DNA from: Lepidodermella squamata
Taxonomy: Eukaryota; Animalia; Gastrotricha
Length of the DNA: 64,000 nucleotides
Direction of reading: 5' to 3'
NCBI GenBank assembly: GCA_047495785.1
Contig: JBLDXI010000003.1
Span: forward strand, 310,001 to 374,000
Both the position numbers and the translations under genes were made by a program. The notes beneath the pieces are model-generated. The model was not told the origin of the DNA, ran no database searches, and saw only the letters and a program-made list of their open reading frames with translations. Below, in pieces: positions 24,185-36,375 of this stretch (positions within the stretch are counted from its first letter, which is position 1; each line of letters begins with the position of its first letter).

Positions 24185-25668
24185 ATGGCTGAACAATTGC
24201 TGAATTCTTCGCTGAATTTAGACGATTCTATAACGCACGGCCATTACTTCAGTGCCTGCGAGTTGAAGCAAAGCGATTTTCTCGATTCGGTGAAGCAGCT
24301 TAAAATCGATGATTCAGAGCTCTCATCTCGTCACGGCTCGTCAACAACCTCGAGAGCCCTATTACTAATTACTTCAATCGGCCTAATTTCTGCCTCAATC
24401 TCCATCAGCCTCATTGTTTTCAGCGTTTATTCAGCCGCCTCTCATAGGAAAACGCCTGAATTAGATTCGCTGAAGCATGAAGAACTGGTTCTAAATTCGA
24501 TTATCGACTCGAAACTTGGCACATCGCTCTGTCGCATCGATTTGAAGTGTGGCTCCAAAACATTGCCACCCTTCGAGAGCTCACTCTCAAAGCCGATACT
24601 GTCCGAGTTGAAGCAGAATTTCGGGCTGATAATCGTGCTCAGCGAAGCAGATCGCGTTGCTACAGCACCGTTGCTACATGCGATTTATGGTGGAAATTTC
24701 GCGAAAATCATCTATTGCTCCAAACAGCTAAATTCAGCGGAAGTTGATGTGAGAATCGAATCCATTTATGGTTCAAAGATTGCTAAATCGACCTCGAGCA
24801 AGTTTTATGGTCTCACTGATTTGAATTCGTCTTCGTATTCCACGAGCTACCAATGCCTTCTAGGCGCTAAGAAGTCTTTGGAAAATTTGGATGGAATCTT
24901 TGTTGTCAATGACGACGTTCTGTTCAACTTCTGGATGCTGGCCTCCAAGAAGCAGTTGGTCGATTTGTCTGAGAGTCGAGCCTTGTCCCGCTCCAGCAAT
25001 TTGACGTACGACATCGACAGTTTTAGAGCGTGTGACATCGATGGAAACTGTAAAGCTGAAACATCTGGCAGCTTCATGCGAATGCAAAATCAAACTAAAA
25101 GCTTCTATCAGGTTAGCATTGACTGTATCGACCCCGGATATTTCATTTGAAATGTTAACTTTCCAAGGATTTGAACTCATTAGCTGTTTCAAGTGGATCA
25201 AAACCGTACGCGAAGTGCTTCGATAGACTGGCAAAACGCAGCGGAGCTATGAGAAGACTCTTCGTCGGCCCTTCGTCGTGGTTCTACATCGCGAAAAGCG
25301 ACCTCGCATCTGCAGCAATTCTGTTCGAGCTGGCCGCAAAGCATAAACTCGACGAGGACATCGCAGTTCAAACGTTTGATGAATGCGGGTATGGCCGTGA
25401 CAACGAGCCGTTAATACCCGGCAACAAATCGCGATTAAGTGTTTCAAAATCGAAGAACTACAAACCAAGAGCTCTCCTTTCGAAATCCCCGGCGATAGAT
25501 TTGCAAAAATTGGTTGCGAAAATCGAGAACCACTTTCAAATTATTCGAAACGGATCGAGTGGCAACGGTCAACGTCGCATCTTCAGGCTGACGGATAAAA
25601 TGCACCACCGGGAAGCTTGTAACTTTTGCATGTTGAACCAATACGCCAAACTGCTCCGAATGTTATGA
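24185..25668 (+). CDS. STELLO/DUF288-like protein B (2 exons)
   Basis: TM anchor; GLIIVL...IYGGNFAKIIYC; YQCL; GIFVVNDDVLFNFW; DIAVQT; CNFC; intron ~25112-25167. Confidence 0.75.
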
Positions 25669-25969
25669 AATCCGATCCGTTAGGATACAAATTTTATTGC
25701 TTACATACCATCGTGATTTTGATAACTGTTGGTTAAACTTTGAATTTTTCTCCTCTGAATTTTATTAAACTGAACAACTAGTCCTTGACACATTTTAATG
25801 AATAAAACAGATATCTTGCCCTGTGGTTTTTTCTGAAATCATCGTGAGCATATCATGAAGCACAAATATAGCAAAAATGTGATTCAGCTGTTTGCGTGGG
25901 GAAGACAACATCACGCGTTGTGCGCTCTCCAGTTTTAGCGGTTTCTATTGCACGTAAACTAATTTCTTT

Positions 25970-26110
25970 TCGTCGCATCTTCAGGCTGACGGATAAAATG
26001 CACCACCGGGAAGCTTGCAACTTTTACAAGTTGAGCCAATACGCGAAACTGCTCCGAATGTTATGAAATCCCATCCCATAGGACGCAAACTTCGTTACAT
26101 ACCATCGATA
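25970..26110 (+). repeat. Duplicate of the 3' end of STELLO-like gene B
   Basis: Matches ~25573-25712 (CGTCGCATCTTCAGGCTGACGG...ATGTTATGAAATCC). Confidence 0.85.
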
Positions 26111-26489
26111 ACTACCGGTCAATCTTCGAGTTTTCTAGTCTGAATGTTAGCGAAACTGATCAACTCGTAATAAATGTTGATGAATTGAATAGAGTAAACC
26201 TGCCCACTGCAAGTAAATTTTCACATTCAGATTTTACAAAACAAGAATATCATGGAGAAATGATATCGCGAAAATGTTATTCAGCTGTCTGCCCCGTGCG
26301 CAGAAAAAAAGATGGAGCTGGTGGTAGCAGGTAATGCGCGCACAAATTTCAGCTGTTTTGATTGCTCGTAACGACAGGCATATCAAGACCTTAGCAAATA
26401 AACCTTAAGAGATATTTCAGGAAACGAAAAAAGGACAAACTGTTTAAAATCGCTTACACATTTGGAAACTATTTAGGTGCCGCCATGAA

Positions 26490-28858
26490 ATGTTCTCAAC
26501 TCCAGTGGTGAGAAAACTAATTACCATCACATTAGCAGTAACGGCCATATTCACATGCTTGAGCTTCCTTCAGCTTCCTTACTCGTTCCGAATTCATGAA
26601 AAACATTCGGCCGCTAACTCTCCTGCCGCAAATACGAAATTCACTAATGCGAACAGCATTCAGGCTCGTTATATGAAAGCATGCGACAGATTCTGGCAGA
26701 GAGCCGATTGCCAACATGTAAGAAAATCTTTTTTATATGCTGAAGATTTAACATACAATTCCGCGAAAGCCCTCACGGTTATTTCTAATCTCTTTCAGCT
26801 CCTGGAGGGCGAAAATCACAAGATGCCTGAGTTTGGAGACGCTACGACTCGGTCGCTGAATTTGAAACGGATTGTCCTAGTGGCCTATTTCAATGCTCCG
26901 CACTACGAGTCGGCTTCTAAAATTTACGCACTTTACGATCACGTTTTCTTCGATATTGTATTTTGCGTTCCGTCACCTGAAGAAATCAGTCGATTTTGGC
27001 CTTCCAATCGAAACTACACTGTAGACGAACTGCTGCAAATTCCAGACGATACTAAGGTATATTTATTCATCTCTCACCTACTATTTGGCATGTTAAAGCA
27101 CATTCCCTGCCCTTACAGCGAGAATCACAACGATTTATCAACCAGTTTTCTTTTAAGGAAACTGATATTTGAAGCAGTACTAGTCAACTGAGTCAAAATT
27201 GGCTTTCAACCAAAAAGTGAGGGTTATTGATTTTGCAAAATTTAGCCGATTTGATGAAATTTTATGAGATTTATCGTTCATCAGAACTATCTGCAAAACT
27301 CGGAATGCCTTTTAACCGCGAAATTCAAAAGGCCATCTGATTCATTTTCATGTCTCCTCTATTTTATATGTTAAAAACTCTTATTCGATCCAGGTGATAT
27401 CGATTCGTTTGCCTGGAGACGATACAGGCCAGAACTGCCACGAATGCCCGCTGAGAGCTCATGATTTGCTGCTGAAGACGCGCGGTGATTATCCGTCAGG
27501 AATCGACGGTATCCTAACAATGGCCGATGACGTGGTGCTCAATTTCTGGACGCTGGATGTTCGCGGCAAAAAGCCGGATACCAACTGGCTGCTAGCTACC
27601 AAAGTCTCTAATTCATTCAGCGTAGACAGTGTAAGTAGTTCTCCCGCGTTACGGTTGCACAGGCTCAAGGTCACATTTCAGGGCCTGTTTTGTAATAGTG
27701 GGTATCCAACTCAGAAAAACAGCGACTGCAAGAAAGACGTGTGGCCCTGGTCGAAGATTTACAAAAGCAAGCTGAAAAGGTTTTACAAGCACCTGGAGAG
27801 TCTGTCGAGGGGATACGACAAGAACAATGAAATCGCCGAATTCGGGAATCAGAAAACCGAGTATTGGCACTCGTCTTACGAGGCTTTGCTGCGGCAAACC
27901 GGTGGCTATCGACGCATGTTCGGCCTGACCGGAGCTGATATGTTCTATTTGAGCAAGAAACATCTGGACACTACGATGCCGTTTCTAGAACTACTTTCAG
28001 CGTAATACAGTGTTTTTTCTAATAATTCCAAAATGTGGTGTCATCGTGTTCAGCATCCAAAATTAGGCTAGGAGAGCATCATCCGAAAGTTTTGAACTTC
28101 AAAGTGGTTGCGCATCTGCCGATACATAAAAGGCGAACGCTGCCCTCGTTTCTTACAAACAATTATAATTATTCAGTGCCAAATGGCCTAAATTCCGACG
28201 GCGGAAAAATATTAGAAGGGAATGGTATTCAAGCACATAGGTCACTTGTCAATGGGATTAAAAGAATCCGAAAAAATTTGGCTGGTTCAACAGGGCAAAA
28301 TACCAAACCGATTTTTCCGAGGAAATTTTTATTTATTCGACTGAATCGCGAATAAAAGAGAGGATTATTCTTTCGGTACTCGGTACGTTTAATTTGGAAA
28401 AAATTGAATTTCCCACAAAATGATTCCCAATTCCCAGTGAAAAAGTAGGCGCGTGACTTCCCGGTCGCTAATGAGCCTGCTCATATATTGATATTAACCA
28501 TTGCAGACACGATATCTACATGGAAATTGCAGTCGGTACAGCCTTGCGAGCGCTCACTCCAGTCGGCGAACTGCAGCTAATCGACATGACGGCGTTCGAT
28601 TGGGGCGACGGGAGTGTTCGTTATGAACCGATGGCTGACGTCTACTCGACAACGCTTGAAATGTTGCATCCGTTCAAATTGAGCTCGGTGTTGGCATCTG
28701 AGTACAATCGAAATGCCAGTCTGCTTGTGGCCGAATCAGACTGGGATGCATTCGATAACATGAGTGTGAATGCGGGCGCTGTTAACGTTGATTCGGATAC
28801 GGACGGGCCCAGTTGCGTATATTGCAATATTTTAAGAATTGCCAGCTCATTTGTCTGA
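26490..28858 (+). CDS. STELLO/DUF288-like protein C (5 exons)
   Basis: Signal anchor; IVLVAYFNAPHYES; GILTMADDVVLNFW; ADMFYL; YMEIAVGT; HPFKLS; CVYC. Confidence 0.8.
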
Positions 28859-28939
28859 GAAACTAAGCGGGCTGATGGATCCCGGGCTAAATGCATCCAA
28901 CTAATCTAAACCGAACAGTAAAAGCTTTTTTGCTGCTTC

Positions 28940-29395
28940 CTCTCAGTGCCTATTGTGTGTTCGCAGCTTCACTGCAATCATTAAGCCTTCAACTTTCCCG
29001 GCTATCAGGAGCCGTGCCCTGGCCTTTTCTCTCAAGTGTTGTGAGTTTCGTAACGAAATCTGCGGGATGAGGTTTCAACAACTCTATTTAGCAATCGCTG
29101 CCCATTAACACTAAGTGACGATGACAGTTTGAAGTGCCATGGATGCCCGGGGAGCGGCATTCCGCCACTTGCTATGTGAGTTTCATTAGGCTGCATGTTA
29201 TTGGATTCTATTGTTGAATCCTTGCGTTGCGATCCTTACATAAAGCTCATATCAGACGAGCAGAGAAGGATGTGATGCTATGTTGAACAACATCAAGTAT
29301 GCATTACCACGAGCTTGTAATCGTAGAGACATTCTACCTTGACATAAATAGAACCCGCGATGTTAGTAACAGCGGTGCATGTGTCTGCAGCTTTA
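28940..29395 (+). pseudogene. Decayed CRP paralog
   Basis: Exons homologous to CRP4 (GYQEPCPG; NRCPLTLSDDDSLKCHGC; EGCDAML) but no ATG and a truncated exon 4. Confidence 0.75.
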
Positions 29396-29679
29396 ATTCA
29401 AGTAAACAGTTCAAACCTAATGAAATTGAGCTTCAGGGCCACTCATGCGTCTGGGGTAGTAAGTATTAAAATACGCCCTCTGAATTTCGCAAACTAATAT
29501 TATCGATGCAACTGCCTTGGCCTGAATTGCTTCCAGGAATATTAGAAAGGAATAAGGGTTACAGAAGGGTAGATCATAGATTGTTGCCTACTGAAATCAT
29601 AAATCACTTGGGAAACAGCGACGTGAAACGAGCTTAGTGGCAAGAGTGTTTTTTCTTCCTTCTCCATAAGTTATTTGCT

Positions 29680-29905
29680 AGTTCAAGAAGAGAAGATCAC
29701 CGCTCTCTTATGACCAAAAGCTCTCCTGCCATTATCCTCGACGACAGATTTGCAAAAATTGATGAAACGAATAGAGAATCACGGTTTAACCGTTCGAAAT
29801 GGGTTAGGTATAGAAACGAGCGACGACATCGTTTCTTCAGACACCATTGAGAAGCTTGCAACTTTTACATGTTGAGCAAATACACATACTGCTCCGAATG
29901 TTCTG
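29680..29905 (+). pseudogene. C-terminal fragment of a STELLO-like B paralog
   Basis: KALLPLSSTTDLQKLMKRIENH matches RALLSKSPAIDLQKLVAKIENH of gene B. Confidence 0.65.
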
Positions 29906-30394
29906 AAATCCGATAGGATGCAAATTTCGTGATTTCGCTAACTTTGAATTATATAGTGTAGTATGTTAGCGAAACTGAAAAACTAGTAATACATTTGTAT
30001 GAATAAAATAGAGTAAATAAAATAAAAATGCCTTCTGAAAGTATATTTCATATTATAAGATATAGGAGCATATATTACAAAACAGGAATATCATGGAGAA
30101 ATGATATCGCGAAACTTTTACTCAGCTGCCTGCCCCGTGCGCAGAAAAAAAGATGGAGCTAGTGCTAGCAGGTAATGCGCGCTCAAATTTCAGCTGTTTT
30201 GATTGCTCGTAAACTTAGCTTTTGCACTTGAATGTTACTGTGGTTTTGCAAGAATCGCTTGTCTCGCGACGCTTAGCGTAAAGACAGGCATATCAACATC
30301 TTAGCAAATATACCTTATATTTTATAAAACGAAAATATGACAAACTGTTTAAAATCGCTTACTTATTTGGAAACTGTCTAGGTGCCGCCATGAA

Positions 30395-32315
30395 ATGTTC
30401 TCAACTCCAGTGGTGAGAAAACTAATTACCATCACATTAGCAGTAACGGCCATATTCACATGCTTGAGCTTCCTTCAGCTGATTGGCCCTTACTCGTTCC
30501 GAATTCATGGAAAACTGCCTCTCATCAGCTCTCCTGCCGCAAATACGAAATTCGCCGATGCAAGACAAGTCCAGGCGCGGTACATGAAGGCATGCAACAA
30601 ATTTTGGCATCGAGTCAATTGCCAAAATGTAATGAAAGCTTTTTACTATCGATTGAGTGATCCTATATTTCCAATGACATTAGGATTATTTTTGCAATTT
30701 CATATTGATTTCTAACTTTTTCAGCTTTTGGAGGGCGAAAATCACGAGATTCCCGAGTTTGGAGATGCTTCGACTCGGTCGCTGAACTTGAAGAGAATCG
30801 TCTTAGTGGCCTATTTCAATGCTCCGCACTACGAATCGGCTGCTAAACTTTACGCACTGTATGCTCATGTATTCTTCGATATTGTATTTTGCGTTCCGTC
30901 ACCTGAAGAAATAAGTCGATTTTGGCCTTCCAACCGAAAATTTACCGTGGACGAATTGCTGCAGATTCCAGAAGATTCCAAGGTAAACAATATTATTGTT
31001 CACATTTTTATAGCTTACAGCAAGATTAACAACAGCTGCATACATTTACGTCAAATCGAAGCTACTAAGGCCGTTTCCTAATTATTTTTCATCGGAGGAA
31101 ATGAGAGATACAGCAAACCTAGGCAACAGTGACGATTTTCGCATACTTCGCAAAAATTTAGATATTTATAAAGCTGGGGGTATTTTCCGAACGGAATTTA
31201 AACCAGAGGGTGGATCTGCGACTTCTGTAACGTACCCTAATTTGCCCAGGTAATATCGATTCGTTTGCCTGGAGACGATACAGGCCAGAACTGCCACGAA
31301 TGCACCTTGAGAGCGCATGATTTGCTGCTGCAGACTGGTGCTGATTATCCATCAGGTATTGACGGCATCTTGACAATGGCCGATGATGTAATGCTCAATT
31401 TCTGGACGCTGGATGTTCGTGGGAAAAAGCCAGATACCAACTGGCTCATAGCTGTCAACAAATCAATTCCATTTAGCGTGGACAACGTAAGGCTTTGGTT
31501 TCCGCTTCAAGTTTTGCAAATCCGCTGTAAAACTTTTTCAGGGCTTGTTTTGTGGTAGTAATAATCCAGCTCAATCTAACGATGACTGTAAAGACGACTT
31601 ATGGCCCTGGGGAAAGAAGTATCAGAGCAAGCTGGAGGTGTTCTATGAGCACCTTACAAGTCTAGCGAAGGGGCGCCACAAGAATAATTCAATCGCTGAA
31701 TTCGGCAAACGAACCGCAGCATATTGGCACTCGGTTTATGAGGCTCTGCGGCGGCAAACCGGTGGCGATCGACGAATGTTTGGCCAGGCAGGAGCTGACA
31801 TGTTCTACTTGAGCAAGAAACATCTGGACACCATGTTGCCTTTTCTAGAATTACTTTCAGCGTAAGACTTTTTGATCAGTGCTTAAAATAGACTTTTCCA
31901 TCCACCGCGGGCGATTAGAATGGGAGTAAAAATTGCGTAAAATTATTCTTGAAACCATTGCAGGCATGATATCTATATGGAGATTGCAGTCGGTACAGCA
32001 TTGCGAGCGCTCACTCCAGTCGGCGAGCTGCAGCTATTCGACGCTACCGCGTTTGATTGGGGCGACGGGAATGTTCGTTATGAACTGATGGCTGACGTCT
32101 ACTCGACAACACTTGAAATGTTGCATCCATTCAAATTGAGCTCGGTGTTGGCAAGTGAGTACAATCGAAATGCCAGTCTGCTTGTGGCCGAATCAGACTG
32201 GAATGCGTTCGATAATATGAGTGTTAATGCGGGCGCTGTTAACGTTGATTCAGAAACAGACGGGCCCAGTTGTGTATATTGCAATATTTTACGCATTGCT
32301 AGCTCATTTGTCTAA
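30395..32315 (+). CDS. STELLO/DUF288-like protein D (5 exons), recent duplicate of C
   Basis: Exons and ~400 bp of upstream DNA nearly identical to gene C. Confidence 0.8.
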
Positions 32316-32863
32316 GAAACTTTAACAAATCATCTGTGAGACTATAGAAACAGCTAATGAATTCAAATGAAAAATAAAACAATACTGTTACCTAATTAGA
32401 TTTATTCTTTTGAAATATTCAAAGGCGTTTATTTGATTGTCTCCTTATTTGAGGTCTCCATTACGAAATGCTGCAATGTGTTTTCTATAACTGTACGTTT
32501 TTTCATGGCTTTGTTTGCCAAATATGTCAGCGGAAAAAATGGTTTCTTCGTCCAGCCTCCGACAGTCTTCATTTACGAGTCCGGAAAATATTGAGGAGAA
32601 AGGTGAAAAGCGTGGTTTTATTATTAGGTCAGTCAACCATTTGGCAACTAGTTTTTCATGCCGTTCGTCATAGAAGCCTCAAAAATGGAGACCATCCAAG
32701 GCTATTAGGATGTTTAAACGTAAGCTAGTATAATGTTCATACGCGCCCATGGATAGTCTACATTTACGAGTCCAGCTGATCAAGATTTATCAGAAAAAAG
32801 GTGGCAAAGCGTGGGTTTTATAAGGCGAGGGAAATTGTTATAAGGTCGTAAGCAGTCGAGGAG

Positions 32864-32898
32864 ACCTCGAAAACGGAGACCATTCAAGGCTATATAAA
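32864..32898 (+). promoter_or_regulatory. CRP promoter module (a second, decayed copy lies at ~32677-32710)
   Basis: ACCTCGAAAACGGAGAC-N10-TATATAAA. Confidence 0.65.
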
Positions 32899-32965
32899 CC
32901 TGCAAACATCCATCGACATCGACTACCAACCATATACAACACATCTTGCATTTCAACAATTCATA

Positions 32966-33647
32966 ATGGCTATTTGCGCTAAGGCTCTCGTCCTCTCGTG
33001 TGTTCTCAGCTTTGCTGCAGCCCAACAAGCCTTCAATTTCCTTGGCTATCAGGAGCCATGTCCTGGCCTTTTCTCTCAAGTCTTGTGAGTTTTGCGACAA
33101 GTTTGCGACAAGGAGTTTTAAACTATTCTCTTTAGCAATCGCTGCCCATTGACACTCCGCGACGATGACAGTTTGAAGTGCCATCGATGCCTGTGGAGCG
33201 ACATCCCACCGCTTGCTCTGTGAGTCACGATGGGCTGCATTTTATGGATTGTTAACGAATAATTCAACAAATCCTTTTACAGCTCATATCAGACCAGCAA
33301 AGAAGGATGTGATGCTATGCTGGCCCACGTCAAGTATGCAACGCCACGAGCTTTTTTCGGACTTATTTTACTTATCCTTAATATTAAAAGGGCTCGTGAC
33401 GTTGTCAACTGCGGTGCGAATGTCTGCAGTTTGGCGGAGACTGAAGCTACTACTCACTGCAGGAAGCGCGATTCGCCCGATTGCTACCAGTGCGTTAACA
33501 AGAACTGCGATATGTCTGGCAAGGCCGATTGCAACGCCAAGTACAACTGCGTCAAGTGAGTCGCAAGACGCTTCGATAGTTCCGATTTTGACTATTTCTG
33601 TTTCTTACAGGGCAAACATTGACAGTGGCAAATGTGGCCCTCGTTAA
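32966..33647 (+). CDS. Secreted 14-Cys protein CRP4 (5 exons)
   Basis: MAICAKALVLSCVLSFAAAQQAFNFLGYQEPCPGLFSQVFNRCPLTLRDDDSLKCHRCLWSDIPPLALSYQTSKEGCDAMLAHVKARDVVNCGANVCSLAETEATTHCRKRDSPDCYQCVNKNCDMSGKADCNAKYNCVKANIDSGKCGPR*; all introns phase 2 GT-AG. Confidence 0.85.
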
Positions 33648-34769
33648 TCCGTGGCACTGGGTGTTCCTCTACGATGACTTGAAAAATCCCCGCTTTTGTC
33701 CGAATACTCGCAAATTAAATAATTTATTGATAAGGAACTAGTTTGAACCAATATTTTTCGGCTTCATTCCTAACTCGCCTGCTTCATCCTAATTCTTCTG
33801 TTCTTAAATTCATCGAATTAAATATTGACTCTGGATAGACTGACTCTATATGTGCGTAATGATGACTTTCGATTATTTCGTTATGCTCGCTTTCGATTAT
33901 TTCGTTTTGCTCGCTTTACGAATGTAATGTCGGATATCGGATATAGACTAATTATAAAATAAAACCATGCAATTTATTTCTACTTGAAATTGGTTTCTGA
34001 GTGTATTCAGTGAGATTTCAAGTATATTTCAATTAGCATAAAACTGCCATCCCGAGCAACAAATTGCCGATTATTTTTTAAATAAATTCACTTTCTCAAC
34101 CTGCAGAGCAGAAGATTTCTTAAAGATAGCCGGTAGCCGGTAGTCCACTGCTTCAAGGATCCATGGCCGGACCAGCAATCAACAGTAAGTGAAACGCGTG
34201 AAATGTTGGTTGCTGTATATGCTCAAATCAAAGCAAGACAAGGTCTAAAAAGTATGAGAGGGCCTGCCAATTGTACGGCTCTAACTACGGCGACCTACGA
34301 GGACTCTGGGCCCGGCTGTTGGACAGGCTGTTCAATCAGCTCAAGTCAGTTCGAGTGATATGTGACGATGTGATCATCCACTCGCGGATGATTAACCCGT
34401 GGTCGAAAGATGATCGTAGAAATTATTTCGCAGAGACGTTGGCTAACGACCATCCTTGCACTAAGGCGATTCCTCTATGCTGTCATATTTTTAAATCTAA
34501 TCTGGTTATTCATTCAAGTGCTGCAGAGCGATAGCATGCAGCCACTAGCTATCAGAGTCACCTTTGGAAGTTATATACATAACTATGATTCATCAGTGAA
34601 CCTCGGTTTGGCATGCACTTCAACCATATGTAAAGAATATTATATGAAAAGAAGCGTTGTGAAACGTGTTGCATACGTGACGGTCATCTCGTGTTTTCTT
34701 GCTTCCTGTTTGCACCCTTTTATCCAACTTAAAAGGGTTCTATTAATCAAAACTTGCTGAATTACGCGA

Positions 34770-36310
34770 ATGTTTAAACAATCAATTGAGAAAATTCGAT
34801 TCGCCGTCATCGGGGCGTGTTTAATTGTTGTTACTTCGCTATACATACTCCAGTCTAGCACGTTTTCTAACTTCAGATTAGCTTCTTTAAAGCCGTCCAA
34901 CAGGCAAATTGTTCTGAACAATGTAACTCGAGAATACATGACGGTATGTGACAAATTCTGGCAACAGGCAAATTGCTCACAGGTATGAGGTATATTATCA
35001 ATGATTCGAACCGTTAAGGAATAATCAATAGATTCTGATCTCACAAAATCACCAAAGACCCAACCTCACAGCCCCGCCTAAACAAGACTTGAGCAGAGTT
35101 GTACTTGTTGTCTATTTCAATGCACCTCACTATGAGTCGGCGGCTAAAATCTACGCATTGTACGCTCCAATATTCTACGAAATCGTATTTTGCGTTCCGT
35201 CAAGCACGACAGCTGATTTTTGGCCCTCATGGCAAAACGAAACCATCGATGTCCTGCTTCGGCTGCCTATTACCACGAAAGTCGTAGGAATTCGCCACAA
35301 CGAGGGGACCGCCGGCCAAAACAGCTACGAATGCCCACTGAGAGCCTACGAGTTGTTAAGTGAGCAAAACAGAGATTTTTTAGCTGAAATCGATGGAGTA
35401 ATCACAATGGCGGATGACGTCGTCCTTAATTACTGGACATTGGATGTCAGAGGAAAATCACTGCAGAAAAACTGGCTTATGACTGATAACGAAACAAGAG
35501 TTTTCTCAATTGACAACGTGCGTTAATTTATGAAATCAATTTGTAAAAGTACGTGACCTCGCTTATTCCAGGGATTATTTTGCACGAATACTTACAACTC
35601 AACCGACAATGAAGACTGCACTGAAGAACAATGGGTATGGGGCCGTGCATATGAGGTTCAATTGACAGCATTTTTCAGCCATTTGGAATCGTTGGCTAAC
35701 ATACAAGACAACGAGACGTCAATTTTTGGCCATTCAGATTCTTCATACTGGCAATGGGCTCTTAAGACTCTTCAACAACGTTCTGGAGGTCGGCGCCGCG
35801 CGTTTGGGCAAGCAGGGGGTGACCTGTTTTACCTCAGCAAGAAGCACATGTTGAAAATCATGCCATTTTTACAGCTTTTGTCTGAGTAAGTTTCCCCCAT
35901 TTTTCCTGAATCATAATCTTATAGCCTTTGACATTTCCAGGCATGAAATCTATATGGAAATCGCAGTCACAACGGCTCTATCAGGCCTAACCCCTGCTGA
36001 AGATTTGCAGTTAATTGACTTAACGATGCACGACTGGGGAAACGGGATAGTCCGATACCATCCGATGGATGAGGTCTACTCTACATCACTAGAAATGCTT
36101 CACCCCTTCAAACTGAGCAGCGTACTGTCGACGGAGGTGAAGTTCGATCCTGAGACATTCCTCTCAAACGCCGAGTGGGAAGAGGCAAACGGAAGAAGCT
36201 TGAATGCGGGGATAATTATTGCCGGTTCAGCCAATTCAGGCGAAAGTTGCGTATATTGCAATATCCTACGCATCACTAACTCATATTTTCACAAATTTAC
36301 AAAAACTTAA
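34770..36310 (+). CDS. STELLO/DUF288-like protein E (4 exons)
   Basis: Signal anchor; VVLVVYFNAPHYES; GVITMADDVVLNYW; YMEIAVTT; HPFKLS; CVYC. Confidence 0.8.
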
Positions 36311-36375
36311 TAAAAAGTCTTTATTCACTCTATCATTACAGCACAAGTTCAGAATTCGAAATTTAACAACAAATG

